The notes under the pieces were generated by a model that searched no databases, was not told the origin of the DNA, and worked only from the letters and a program-made list of their open reading frames with translations. The translations under genes were made by a program, and so were the position numbers. Of a DNA stretch of 42,550 bases, positions 1 to 9,972 are shown one piece after another; the stretch's first letter is position 1, and every line of letters starts with the position of its first letter. The stretch comes from an uncultured Pseudomonadota bacterium (GTDB lineage: Bacteria > Pseudomonadota > Gammaproteobacteria > Methylococcales > Methylomonadaceae), in contig CAJBJW010000317.1 in assembly GCA_903953455.1 (NCBI GenBank), positions 1 through 42,550 of the forward strand, given 5' to 3'.

Positions 1-1896
1 CCGTGCAATACCAATTAATTGACGCTGTCCACCTGAAAGTCCACCTCCCGACTCTGTTAACATCATATCGAGTCCACGCGGATGTTGATTCACCAAATGA
101 TGTAAATCGAGTGTCTGTAATACTTTTAATATATGTTGATCACTAATCCACGCATCGCCAAGCACCAAATTTTCGCGCAATGAGCCAAAAAATAATTGTG
201 TTTCTTGTCCTAAATAACCAATGTGACGTCGTAGCACTGCTGGATCAATTTGTTTAATATCAATATCATCAAGATAAACCGCACCAGACTCAGGGGCATA
301 AAATCCGGCAATCAAACGCTGTAGTGTCGATTTACCACTGCCTACACGCCCTAATAAGGCTAATTTTTGCCCTGCTTGCAAACTGAGCGAAAGCGTATTG
401 ACAACAGGAATTTTCAACTCCCCGGGATAGGCAAATTGTAATTTTTCAGCACGCAGTTGCCCTATCACCGAATTGGGCGATAAATAATTTCGTCCAGCAA
501 TTCGATCACGAGGACGTTTAACTAAACCATCAAGCGTTTTAAGTGACATTTTGGCGTGTTGATAACGAACCGCTAATCCCATGACACTGCCAAGAGGGCC
601 AATAACACGTCCAGCCAAAATGACAGACGCAATTAGAGCGCCCTGCGTCATCGTGTTCGCATGAATGAGATATACGCCCCAAACAATCATGGCAACATTC
701 ACCATTTGCCCAACGCTTGCCATGCCACCTGTCATAAGATTCGTTAAATTGCGAATTTTTTGATACGTTTCAGTACCGAGCGCATGCGCTTCATCCCAGC
801 GCCCTTGCAGAAAATGTTCCGCATTATTGGCTTTAACCGTTTCTAAATTGACGAGCGATTCGACTAAAACACTTTGGCGCTCTGCTGATTCCTTCATATT
901 CTCAGACATATAGCGACTTAGTGGAATTTGCGCTATCACCCCTAACAGAATAATCACCGGTACGGCGGCGGCGGTGACAAAAGCGAGTGGACCTGAAATT
1001 AAAAAAATAATAAATATAAACAAAAAGGCAAAAGGTAAATCGGTCAAGGTGACCATGGTGCTTGACGAAATGAAGTCACGCAACTGATCGAAATCACGCA
1101 TTGCATTAGTGAATGATCCAACCGATGCGGGGCGATGCTCAAGGCTAATCGTCATCATTTCTCTAAATAAGGTTGAACTAATAGCTAAATCTGCTCTCTT
1201 TCCAGCAATATCAATTAATCGCGCCTTCATCCATCGAAGAAAAAACTCCATTAATATTGCCGCAGAGGTGCCAATAGCAAGCGTCCATAATGTATGATAA
1301 GCCTCAGTGGGAATAACGCGATCATAGACATTCATCGAGAAAAATACAGACGCGAGTGTCAATAGATTAGCAACAACAGTGGCAAGCATGGATTCAAAAT
1401 AAAAACCTTTAAATCGCCATAAGGTCCCCCAAAACCAATTCAAAGGTGAAGGCCCCATTGGAACTAGGGTACGCGCATTGCCTTGAATGAGCGGTTTAAC
1501 CAATAAAATTTCTTCATCCGCTAAATTATCCAGTTCAGAAAACGTCATACGACATTCACCCATGCCTGTTTCAGGCATCAGCAAACGCGCCTCTTTACCA
1601 TTCTTTGAGAGCAAAACAAACGCTCTTCCATCTTTAAGATTGATAATTGCTGGCAATGCAACGGTTTGCACTTGCGAAGGCTTACTACTAAACCACGTTG
1701 CCATAAAGCCATGACGCCGACCAATTTCGGCAATTTCACCTCGATTCACTCGCCCATGTTCATCACAAGCAAAACCGTGAGCCAGCGCAGCAGCGCCAAT
1801 TTGTCGCTCATGCAACGATGCAAGTAAACTAAAACAAATGACTAACGGATCTTCTTTAACAATAGGTGGTTGCTCGTTGACATCATTTTTTGTCAT
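1..1896 (-). CDS. Type I secretion system permease/ATPase, LssB/LapB-like (N-terminal C39-like domain, transmembrane domain, ABC ATPase). The C-terminus is cut off by the window edge.
   Basis: Not in the ORF track because there is no stop in the window. My minus-strand translation from ATG 1896..1894 stays open for 632 codons to nt 1: MTKNDVNEQPPIVKEDPLVICFSLLASLHERQ... It has Walker A LLGRVGSGKST (about nt 330-360) and the ABC signature LSGGQRQLIGIAR at nt 1-45. It lies 65 nt downstream of a TolC-family gene. Confidence 0.85.
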   Translation of the reverse strand, partial: MTKNDVNEQPPIVKEDPLVICFSLLASLHERQIGAAALAHGFACDEHGRVNRGEIAEIGRRHGFMATWFSSKPSQVQTVALPAIINLKDGRAFVLLSKNGKEARLLMPETGMGECRMTFSELDNLADEEILLVKPLIQGNARTLVPMGPSPLNWFWGTLWRFKGFYFESMLATVVANLLTLASVFFSMNVYDRVIPTEAYHTLWTLAIGTSAAILMEFFLRWMKARLIDIAGKRADLAISSTLFREMMTISLEHRPASVGSFTNAMRDFDQLRDFISSSTMVTLTDLPFAFLFIFIIFLISGPLAFVTAAAVPVIILLGVIAQIPLSRYMSENMKESAERQSVLVESLVNLETVKANNAEHFLQGRWDEAHALGTETYQKIRNLTNLMTGGMASVGQMVNVAMIVWGVYLIHANTMTQGALIASVILAGRVIGPLGSVMGLAVRYQHAKMSLKTLDGLVKRPRDRIAGRNYLSPNSVIGQLRAEKLQFAYPGELKIPVVNTLSLSLQAGQKLALLGRVGSGKSTLQRLIAGFYAPESGAVYLDDIDIKQIDPAVLRRHIGYLGQETQLFFGSLRENLVLGDAWISDQHILKVLQTLDLHHLVNQHPRGLDMMLTESGGGLSGGQRQLIGIAR

Positions 1897-1961
1897 GTTG
1901 CGACTCTCTTTGGATATTTAGATATAAAAGGCGGGGGAAACTGAAACGAATACGTTTTAAA

Positions 1962-3260
1962 CTATCGAGTCCAAGGCATCCATGCTGGTTCACTGATTTG
2001 TGGTTGAACTTCCCCTCCACCATAAACACGACTTAATTGCCCTAAGGCACCGGAGAAATGAAAACGCGCAATGCGATAATCATATTCATTACTGACGGTA
2101 CTACTACGGTAATTAAACTGATCATTTTGAACATTTAACAAATCAAGCAATGAGCGCTTTGCAAGCTCAAACTGTAATTTGTAGCCTGTGACCACATTCC
2201 CTGCCATCTCGCTTTGTTTTTTGCCGATTTCGGCACGTTGTTTTGTTGCGTGCAAATCTTCCCAAAAGACTGAAATCTTTTCTCTCAAGACGCGACGCGT
2301 ATCATCTAACTTGGATTTTGCAGAGAAGAAATCGGCATTAGCCTTGCCAACGGCAGCGTCAATTGAACCACCAGAATAAAGCGGTAAACTTGCTGTCGCC
2401 TGCCCCATAAACTCAATAGACCTTGAATCAGAATTATATTGACGATTAACACTGAGGTTAATTTGTGGTTGATATTGGCTTTTGGCTATGTTTAGCGTTG
2501 CTTCTGCTGCACTTAGAACCAATTGCGCACTCGTTAAAGCAGGATGTTGTTGCTCGATAATGGTGAAGGCATCATCTAAGCTATTAGGTAAAACGCCTCG
2601 AAAATCATCAACCCCTTCAGCGCGTTCAGATAATTGATCAGGCCAAAAACGCTGCAAATGCTTTGCGCTCTGCTTAGCTTCAGCACTACGTGACGTTAAC
2701 GCAATTTTTGCTCCATCTAAACGAACTTGTGCTTGCGTTAAATCAATTTTACGGCCAGGATCGAGCTCAACAATTTTTTGAATACTATCGTAGAGCGTTT
2801 GATGAACCGCTAAATTTTCTTGCGCTAATTTTTGTAATTCTTTAGATTTTGCCCACTGTAGATAGGCTTCTGCTGAAGCAATCACAATTTCATCTTGTGT
2901 ATTGATTAACAGGCTATCTGCCGATTGTGCTAAATCTTCTGCTTTTTCAATATTGGATTGTATTCTGCCGCCCGCCCAGAGATTCATACTTACTTTTGGC
3001 GAGATAATGTCACGAGAGTATTGATTACTCGATTCAAATTGATTAGCTGAAGCGTCTATGCTTACTTGAGGCAAATGCTGAGCAAAAGCACTGTCAATAT
3101 CGTGTTGTGCTGCCTCAGCATTAAATTTTGCAGAATTGACTGTAGGATATTCAATAACAGCGCGTTGAATAGTTTCAACTAGTGTTTGACCTTGGGCATG
3201 ATTAACTGCCATCACTAATAGACAAGCAGGGAATAGCGTCTTTGCCTTCATATTTCTCAT
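1962..3260 (-). CDS. TolC-family outer membrane efflux protein (T1SS outer membrane component)
   Basis: 432-aa ORF with signal peptide MKAKTLFPACLLVMAVNHAQG (an alternative start is at 3251). It has the long helical-repeat composition typical of TolC/OMF proteins and is co-directional with the ABC exporter, directly upstream of it. Confidence 0.85.
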   Translation of the reverse strand: MRNMKAKTLFPACLLVMAVNHAQGQTLVETIQRAVIEYPTVNSAKFNAEAAQHDIDSAFAQHLPQVSIDASANQFESSNQYSRDIISPKVSMNLWAGGRIQSNIEKAEDLAQSADSLLINTQDEIVIASAEAYLQWAKSKELQKLAQENLAVHQTLYDSIQKIVELDPGRKIDLTQAQVRLDGAKIALTSRSAEAKQSAKHLQRFWPDQLSERAEGVDDFRGVLPNSLDDAFTIIEQQHPALTSAQLVLSAAEATLNIAKSQYQPQINLSVNRQYNSDSRSIEFMGQATASLPLYSGGSIDAAVGKANADFFSAKSKLDDTRRVLREKISVFWEDLHATKQRAEIGKKQSEMAGNVVTGYKLQFELAKRSLLDLLNVQNDQFNYRSSTVSNEYDYRIARFHFSGALGQLSRVYGGGEVQPQISEPAWMPWTR

Positions 3261-3451
3261 CGTATATTTTTTATGTGGGCATAAACCTAACTCACTGCAT
3301 TCACTATAAATTTTTTAGTGAACTAGTCATTAGATTTATTTTCCGTCTATTATTGATTATTCAACAGACGCAAGTCGCACAGAAAAACGCAATGAAAATA
3401 CATGAAATATCCGTATTACGACAAAGATTAAGCTGATCGTTTTTTAGTGCA

Positions 3452-5098
3452 TCACCCTAATTGCACTAAATTCATTTTAGCAAGAACGGCCACCGCTAAA
3501 ACGATCTCCCCTAAATTTGTTTGAGTTTGGACTGCAAGCTCATCTAAAGTGACTGTTTGTACTTGTAATACATAGTCAATTTTTTCCACCAACTCCACTT
3601 TAGGTAAAATTTGCGTAGCATAATTAAACAACGGATTTTTAATTAAACAACGATATTGATTTAATACGTCATCGTTTAACACTGTCACTCGAGTATTAGG
3701 TTGAATTAATGTAGAAGGGTAATGACCAAAACTTAAAAAGGGATCAAGACGATTTGGCGCCACTTGAAATGTAGCCTTTTGCTTAGGACTAGTAGACTTT
3801 CGAAGTTTATGTAAATAATTATAAAGCGATTGATATTGCTGATAAACAATACGCCAGTCAAATTGAGTTTTCGCATGCTCTTTTCCCGCCTGACCCATTG
3901 TTTGTCGCAGTGTATCGTTTTCAACTAATAGCGTTAACTTTTCAATTAATCTGTGCATAGAAACAGAAATCGTCTGACAACTTAAACCACAGTATATATC
4001 GTAACTCAATGTACCGGCTTCATGGCCTTTTGCAAATTGTTCACCTAATGCAGGTGGTGGCATCCACGTGGGAATACGAAAACCATCCACACCATCACGT
4101 ACCGTATCTTTATAGCCATTCCAATCACTGACGATAACCGGCAATCCCGCCGCCATTGCCTCAATGGGTGTAATACCAAACGTTTCCTGAATATTATCTG
4201 AGAGTGACAAAAATATATCCGCACCTGCCCAACTATGACGCGCTAATTCGGGTTCTCTTCCATCTACAAATAGGGCGCGAACATCAGGGCAAAATTGCGT
4301 AGCACCTTCAACAAAACTGGCTTTAATGGCATCATTACCAAACCAACCGCATTGCAATAAGGTAATTTTCTTACCCGTTTTCAATGCTACTTCCTGCGCA
4401 GCAAGATACATCGCGTGCGGATGCGCCTTTGCATGAAAAGAGAGTCTGCCAACAAACACGAGTACAATTTCATCTTCTGAAATGTTGAGTGCTTTTCTCG
4501 CAAGAAGTCGCTCATCAACGGTAAAATCAAAATCACTGCAATGCACGCCTAAAGGTATCACTGGCAGCTGTGGCAGCGTAATCTGAATTGATGACCCAAA
4601 ACGCCAGCGCAACGCTTCAATCTCAGCATTTAGCAAAATTTTAACCGTCTCGAGTACTGCCGTTGATGTACAAATTAGCGCATCCCAAGGCATAACAGGC
4701 GCTGTCAACAATCCTGTTATCGCATCCATTGCACGATGTGACGCGGTAGTATGCGTGACACCAACCAGCGAATACGCTTGATTCCCTGCTCGCAAACGCA
4801 ATTTTGCAGCCACATCAAGCCCAGGCCCAGGAAGATACAGTGCACCAATTTGTTCTAGCAAATCTAAACGATCAGCTGGAACCCATTGTGCAGAGGCATT
4901 TGAATCTATTGACGCAACAACTTGCTTAAAAATAGACGCTGATTTTTGACTTGGCGTGTAAGCATAAATAGCTTCTTCACCACGCCCTGCTACTGCTGCC
5001 CTTAAAAAACTATTACCAGCAGCTTGTCTACCCATTAATTTAGGCTCAGACAATAAATATGCATCGGGTTCAAAAAGAATAGCAGCGGTATTTGACAC
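3452..5098 (-). CDS. Glycosyltransferase, GT-B fold, family 4 (group 1); acceptor unknown
   Basis: 548-aa ORF with a GTG start. The C-terminal half carries the GT4 E-x7-E region ETFGITPIEAMAAGLPVIVSDWNGYKDTVRDGVDGF. There is no signal peptide or TM segment. Confidence 0.8.
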   Translation of the reverse strand: MSNTAAILFEPDAYLLSEPKLMGRQAAGNSFLRAAVAGRGEEAIYAYTPSQKSASIFKQVVASIDSNASAQWVPADRLDLLEQIGALYLPGPGLDVAAKLRLRAGNQAYSLVGVTHTTASHRAMDAITGLLTAPVMPWDALICTSTAVLETVKILLNAEIEALRWRFGSSIQITLPQLPVIPLGVHCSDFDFTVDERLLARKALNISEDEIVLVFVGRLSFHAKAHPHAMYLAAQEVALKTGKKITLLQCGWFGNDAIKASFVEGATQFCPDVRALFVDGREPELARHSWAGADIFLSLSDNIQETFGITPIEAMAAGLPVIVSDWNGYKDTVRDGVDGFRIPTWMPPPALGEQFAKGHEAGTLSYDIYCGLSCQTISVSMHRLIEKLTLLVENDTLRQTMGQAGKEHAKTQFDWRIVYQQYQSLYNYLHKLRKSTSPKQKATFQVAPNRLDPFLSFGHYPSTLIQPNTRVTVLNDDVLNQYRCLIKNPLFNYATQILPKVELVEKIDYVLQVQTVTLDELAVQTQTNLGEIVLAVAVLAKMNLVQLG

Positions 5099-5302
5099 GG
5101 TATTTCCTAAGTAAAATGTATATAATTTAAAAACAACAAATGATAATTTTAATGCGTAACGGTTAGGAGCGGTTATTTGTAATATCGTTAGAGTAAAATT
5201 CCATTTAAATAAAACGACGTTTTACTTCATTCTGCGAATTTATCGTTTTATCTAATACGATATAGACTAGAATAATGCAAACTCCTAATTCTCTTCAAAA
5301 CG

Positions 5303-7819
5303 GTGATTATCATGTCATTTAGAATTTTCAAAACCAGTACACCTTGTTCCACAATCACCACGCTGCCTGATTTAGGCATGGATGAAAAACATATTGAAGC
5401 CGATTTCAAGCGCTATTATAGTCACCGTTTAGGTCGCGATGAAAGCTGTCGCTCACCTTATTATGCATACGAGGCTCTCTCTTTAGCGATTAGCGATCGT
5501 ATCGTCGAGCGCTGGAAACGCACCTATACAACCTATAAAGAAAAAGAATGTCGCCGTGCTTATTATTTATCAATGGAATTCTTAATGGGTCGCGCGTTAA
5601 GTAATGCCATGTTGAATTTGGGTATTGATGACATTGTCGCAAAAGCTATGTACGACTTAGGTTTAGATATCGAAGAGCTTGTTGATAGTGAGGCGGATGC
5701 AGGTCTTGGAAATGGGGGCTTAGGACGTTTAGCTGCCTGCTTTATTGATAGCTGCGCTACTTTGCAACTACCTGTCACCGGTTATGGCCTGCGTTATGAG
5801 TACGGTATGTTTACGCAAGCTATTATTGAGGGTGAGCAAGTAGAAAAGCCTGATCATTGGCTGCGTAATGGTAATGTATGGGAAATTAAACGCTCTGAAT
5901 ATGTTCAACGCGTAAAGTTTGGTGGACATACCCAAACGCATATTGATGAAAAAGGGCATAAACGTGTCAACTGGGTCGACACACACGATGTTCTCGCCAT
6001 TCCCTACGACACTCCTATTCCAGGCTATCAAAATGGCACTGTAAATACACTTCGTTTGTGGCGAGCAACTGCCACTGAAGAATTTGACTTACAAGAATTT
6101 AATGCGGGTGATTACGCTGAATCGGTTGCATCAAAAAATACAGCTGAAAATATCACCATGGTGCTCTATCCTAATGATGCCAATGAAAACGGCAAAGCAC
6201 TCCGTTTAAAACAACAATATTTACTTGCCTCAGCCAGCCTCCAAGATGTGATTGCAACTTGGGTTGGGCGACATGGAAATAATTTTAAAGATTTTGCCGC
6301 AAACAACTGTTTCCAATTAAATGATACTCACCCAAGTATTTCTGTTGCTGAGCTTATGCGATTACTCATCGACATTTATGGATTGTCATGGAAAGAAGCA
6401 TGGGAAATCACCAGTCATACAATGGCTTATACAAATCACACGTTGCTTCCTGAGGCCCTTGAACGCTGGAGTGTCGATTTATTTAAAGAATTACTTCCTC
6501 GCTTGATGGAAATTATTTTTGAAATTAATGCCCATTTTCTCGCTCAAGTATCCGCTCATTGGCCTGGGGAATCAGAAAGACTTTCTCGTATGTCTATTAT
6601 CGAAGAAGGACATGGACAATACGTGAGAATGGCTTATTTGGCTATTGTTGGCAGTTATTCTGTCAATGGCGTGGCTGAGCTACACTCAAAATTATTGCAA
6701 CAAGGTTTATTCCGTGATTTTTATGAGCTCTGGCCGACAAAGTTTAATAATAAAACGAACGGTGTCACGCCACGTCGCTGGCTTGCCGCATGTAACCCCG
6801 AATTAGCTGAGCTCATTACAGAAACCATTGGCTCGGGTTGGGTGACGGATTTATCGCAATTGCAATTACTCGCTCCTTATGCCGAAGACAAAGCATTTCG
6901 TGAGCGCTGGTATCAACTAAAACAACATGCCAAACAAAAATTAATTAATTATAAAAAAATTGAGCATGATGTTGAATTTAACGTGAATGCTATTTTTGAT
7001 GTACAGGTTAAACGTATCCATGAATATAAACGCCAATTATTAAATTTACTCCACGTTATTCATTTATATGACCGCATTAAACGCGGAGACACGTCAAACT
7101 GGGTAGATCGTTGCGTGTTAATTGGCGGTAAAGCAGCGCCGGGATATTACATGGCAAAGCGTATTATTAAGCTTATTAATAATGTGGGGAATGTTATTAA
7201 CAATGATCCCGACGTAGGCGGTAAATTAAAACTCGTCTTTTTGCCTAATTACCGTGTATCTGCCATGGAAAAAATTTGCCCTGGCGCAGACTTATCTGAG
7301 CAAATTTCAACAGCTGGCAAAGAAGCATCCGGTACAGGTAACATGAAATTTATGATGAATGGTGCATTAACTATCGGAACGTTAGATGGTGCAAATATTG
7401 AAATACGTGAAGAAGTTGGCGATGAAAATTTCTTTTTATTTGGTTTAACTGAAGAAGAAGTTGAAGCGCTCAATAATAATTATTACCCACAATCGTATAT
7501 TGATAACGATGAAGATTTGCGTCGCACATTAAATTTACTTGAGTGTGGGCATTTTAACCAATTTGAACCGCATATTTTTGACGACATTATCAATTCACTT
7601 AAAAGCAGTAATGATCCATGGAAAACGCTTGCGGATTTCCGGAGTTTTGTTGATGCACAGCGTCGCGTAGATATTGCTTATCAAGACAAAGATCGTTGGA
7701 CAAAAATGAGCATTCTCAACTGCGCGGCAAGTGGTAAATTCTCTACCGATCGAACAATTACTGAATATAACGATGATATTTGGAAATTACCCGCTATTGC
7801 TATCGATAATAACTTCTAA
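5303..7819 (+). CDS. glgP: Glycogen/maltodextrin phosphorylase
   Basis: 838-aa ORF. The GTG at 5303 or the ATG at 5312 (MSFRIF...) could be the start. It has the PLP-lysine motif [28 protein letters not shown] and family motifs [13 protein letters not shown] and [11 protein letters not shown]. Confidence 0.95.
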   Translation: MIIMSFRIFKTSTPCSTITTLPDLGMDEKHIEADFKRYYSHRLGRDESCRSPYYAYEALSLAISDRIVERWKRTYTTYKEKECRRAYYLSMEFLMGRALSNAMLNLGIDDIVAKAMYDLGLDIEELVDSEADAGLGNGGLGRLAACFIDSCATLQLPVTGYGLRYEYGMFTQAIIEGEQVEKPDHWLRNGNVWEIKRSEYVQRVKFGGHTQTHIDEKGHKRVNWVDTHDVLAIPYDTPIPGYQNGTVNTLRLWRATATEEFDLQEFNAGDYAESVASKNTAENITMVLYPNDANENGKALRLKQQYLLASASLQDVIATWVGRHGNNFKDFAANNCFQLNDTHPSISVAELMRLLIDIYGLSWKEAWEITSHTMAYTNHTLLPEALERWSVDLFKELLPRLMEIIFEINAHFLAQVSAHWPGESERLSRMSIIEEGHGQYVRMAYLAIVGSYSVNGVAELHSKLLQQGLFRDFYELWPTKFNNKTNGVTPRRWLAACNPELAELITETIGSGWVTDLSQLQLLAPYAEDKAFRERWYQLKQHAKQKLINYKKIEHDVEFNVNAIFDVQVKRIHEYKRQLLNLLHVIHLYDRIKRGDTSNWVDRCVLIGGKAAPGYYMAKRIIKLINNVGNVINNDPDVGGKLKLVFLPNYRVSAMEKICPGADLSEQISTAGKEASGTGNMKFMMNGALTIGTLDGANIEIREEVGDENFFLFGLTEEEVEALNNNYYPQSYIDNDEDLRRTLNLLECGHFNQFEPHIFDDIINSLKSSNDPWKTLADFRSFVDAQRRVDIAYQDKDRWTKMSILNCAASGKFSTDRTITEYNDDIWKLPAIAIDNNF

Positions 7820-7821
7820 TT

Positions 7822-8286
7822 ATGTTTCATATTGTTCTCTTTGAGCCAGAAATTCCGGCAAACACGGGCAATATCATTCGTTTATGTGCCAATGCAGGGA
7901 TGCAGTTGCACTTAATTAAACCGCTTGGTTTTGATTTGGATGATAAAAAACTGCGGCGTGCTGGCCTAGATTACCATGAATGGGTATCGGTAGAGTTACA
8001 TGATTCGTATGCGGATTTTTTAGAAAAAAATCAACCGCAACGTGTTTTTGCGCTGACCACAAAGGGCAAAAAAAATTATAGTGACGTTCAATTTGAAGCC
8101 GGTGATGTGTTTCTATTTGGCCCTGAAACGCGTGGTTTGCCCGCATCCATGCTTGCGGAAATTGGGGAGAATTGCTTATTTCTTCCCATGCAACCAGAAA
8201 GTCGTAGCCTTAATCTTTCAAACACCGTCGCCATTGTGCTTTACGAAGCATGGCGGCAAACTGATTTTTCGGGTTCAATGCGTTAA
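7822..8286 (+). CDS. trmL: tRNA (cytidine/uridine-34 2'-O)-methyltransferase, SpoU/TrmL family
   Basis: 154 aa. The N-terminus [26 protein letters not shown] and the C-terminal [18 protein letters not shown] are typical of TrmL (YibK). It starts 2 nt after the glgP stop. Confidence 0.9.
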   Translation: MFHIVLFEPEIPANTGNIIRLCANAGMQLHLIKPLGFDLDDKKLRRAGLDYHEWVSVELHDSYADFLEKNQPQRVFALTTKGKKNYSDVQFEAGDVFLFGPETRGLPASMLAEIGENCLFLPMQPESRSLNLSNTVAIVLYEAWRQTDFSGSMR

Positions 8287-8289
8287 TTT

Positions 8290-9333
8290 ATGTCTCACAC
8301 GCTGGTTGAAAAAATCAAAAAATGGGGACTAGAACTCGGTTTTCAGCAAGTTGGCATTGCAGACACGCAACTCAATGATGCTGAAGACCATCTTCACCAT
8401 TGGCTTGATAAAGGATTTCACGGTGAACTCGATTACATGGCAAAGCATGGCTTAAAACGCAGTCGCCCTGCACTTCTCCATCCAAATACCCAAAGCATTA
8501 TTTCGGTACGCATGGATTATTTGCCCGAACATTCAACTGCCATGAATACGGCACTCAATTCACCCACGTCGGCTTATATTTCGCGCTATGCGCTAGGTCG
8601 CGATTATCACAAACTCATGCGTCAGCGTTTACAAAAACTCGCCGATAAAATTCAAGCTGAGATTGGTGAATTTGGTTATCGTGCTTTTGTGGATAGTGCG
8701 CCTGTTTTAGAAAAAGCGATTGCACAAAAAGCGGGATTGGGTTGGATTGGTAAACATTCTAATTTAATTAACCGCAAAGCAGGTTCATGGTTTTTTTTAG
8801 GGGAAATTTACACCGATTTAGCCCTTGCAACCGATAAACCCGCTACAGCGCATTGTGGTGAATGTAGCGCGTGTTTAACTATCTGTCCAACACAAGCTAT
8901 TGTTGCACCTTACCAAGTGGATGCACGACGCTGCGTATCGTATCTAACCATCGAGTTGCATGGCGCTATTCCTGTTGAACTGCGTCCATTGATTGGCAAT
9001 CGTATTTATGGCTGTGATGATTGTCAGCTAATTTGCCCATGGAACCGTTTTGCCAATTTAACTAAAGAACCGGATTTTCATCCACGTCAGCGTTTAAATA
9101 CACAGCAACTACTTGATGCATTTGGATGGAGTGAAAGTGACTTTTTAACGAGAACTGAAGGCTCTGCTATTCGCCGCATTGGACACGAACGCTGGCTGAG
9201 AAATAGTGCTGTCGCGCTTGGAAATGCGCCAAAAAACACTGAAATTTTAAACGCACTGAAAGCACGTTTGACCATCGATTCAGACATGGTACGTGAACAT
9301 ATTCAATGGGCAATTACACAACAACTTCGATAA
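8290..9333 (+). CDS. queG: tRNA epoxyqueuosine(34) reductase
   Basis: 347 aa with two 4Fe-4S ferredoxin motifs, CGECSACLTICP and CDDCQLICPWN, plus a C-terminal HEAT-like region. It starts 3 nt after trmL. Confidence 0.92.
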   Translation: MSHTLVEKIKKWGLELGFQQVGIADTQLNDAEDHLHHWLDKGFHGELDYMAKHGLKRSRPALLHPNTQSIISVRMDYLPEHSTAMNTALNSPTSAYISRYALGRDYHKLMRQRLQKLADKIQAEIGEFGYRAFVDSAPVLEKAIAQKAGLGWIGKHSNLINRKAGSWFFLGEIYTDLALATDKPATAHCGECSACLTICPTQAIVAPYQVDARRCVSYLTIELHGAIPVELRPLIGNRIYGCDDCQLICPWNRFANLTKEPDFHPRQRLNTQQLLDAFGWSESDFLTRTEGSAIRRIGHERWLRNSAVALGNAPKNTEILNALKARLTIDSDMVREHIQWAITQQLR

Positions 9334-9856
9334 TTTTTGCCCAGTCAAACGAATCCCCAGGATCCGTTTTACGATTAGGAGCAATATCGCTATGCCCAGC
9401 AATACGTTGTTTTGATAAATTTGGATACGTACTCAGCAAGACGTCAATCACCTTTTTTAAAGCGTCATATTGCGCTTGTGTGTAATCGATCGTTTCCGTC
9501 CCTTCAAGCTCAATACCGATGGAATAGTCATTACAATTTTCACGCCCTTCGTATACTGAAACACCTGCATGCCACGCGCGTTTATGAAATGGCACATACT
9601 GAACACACTCGCCATCACGTCGAATAAGCACATGCGCGGATACTTTAAGCGTTGCAATCATTTCAAAATAGGGATGTAGCGCGGGATTAAGTCGATTACA
9701 AAATAAATCATCGATATAATTTGCGCCAAACGCATTAGGCGGCAAACTAATACAATGAATGACCATTAACGAAATATCATCTTCACTAGGGCGATCATTA
9801 AAATTTGGGGATACAATTCGTGTTACATCACTTAACCAATGGCCTTGAATCTGCAT
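9314..9856 (-). CDS. ampD: 1,6-anhydro-N-acetylmuramyl-L-alanine amidase
   Basis: 180-aa amidase_2 domain with SPNFNDRP, VIHCISLPP, RAWHAGVS, GIELEG and IAGHSDIAPNRKTDPG. Confidence 0.9.
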   Translation of the reverse strand: MQIQGHWLSDVTRIVSPNFNDRPSEDDISLMVIHCISLPPNAFGANYIDDLFCNRLNPALHPYFEMIATLKVSAHVLIRRDGECVQYVPFHKRAWHAGVSVYEGRENCNDYSIGIELEGTETIDYTQAQYDALKKVIDVLLSTYPNLSKQRIAGHSDIAPNRKTDPGDSFDWAKIIEVVV

Positions 9857-9972
9857 AGAATACTTTTGATTTAGAAAGCGGTAGGGTATTCTAACGCTAA
9901 TTTAGATATGTTTCGCACCACCTAATAATTAATTATCTCATTTTTCACTTTCATTTTTAACAAAACAACATC

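Noticed and set aside
3242-3436. 64-aa hydrophobic plus-strand ORF in the GT4/TolC intergenic region
   Set aside because: It overlaps the TolC start on the opposite strand and has no SD. The AT-rich spacer readily yields such ORFs.
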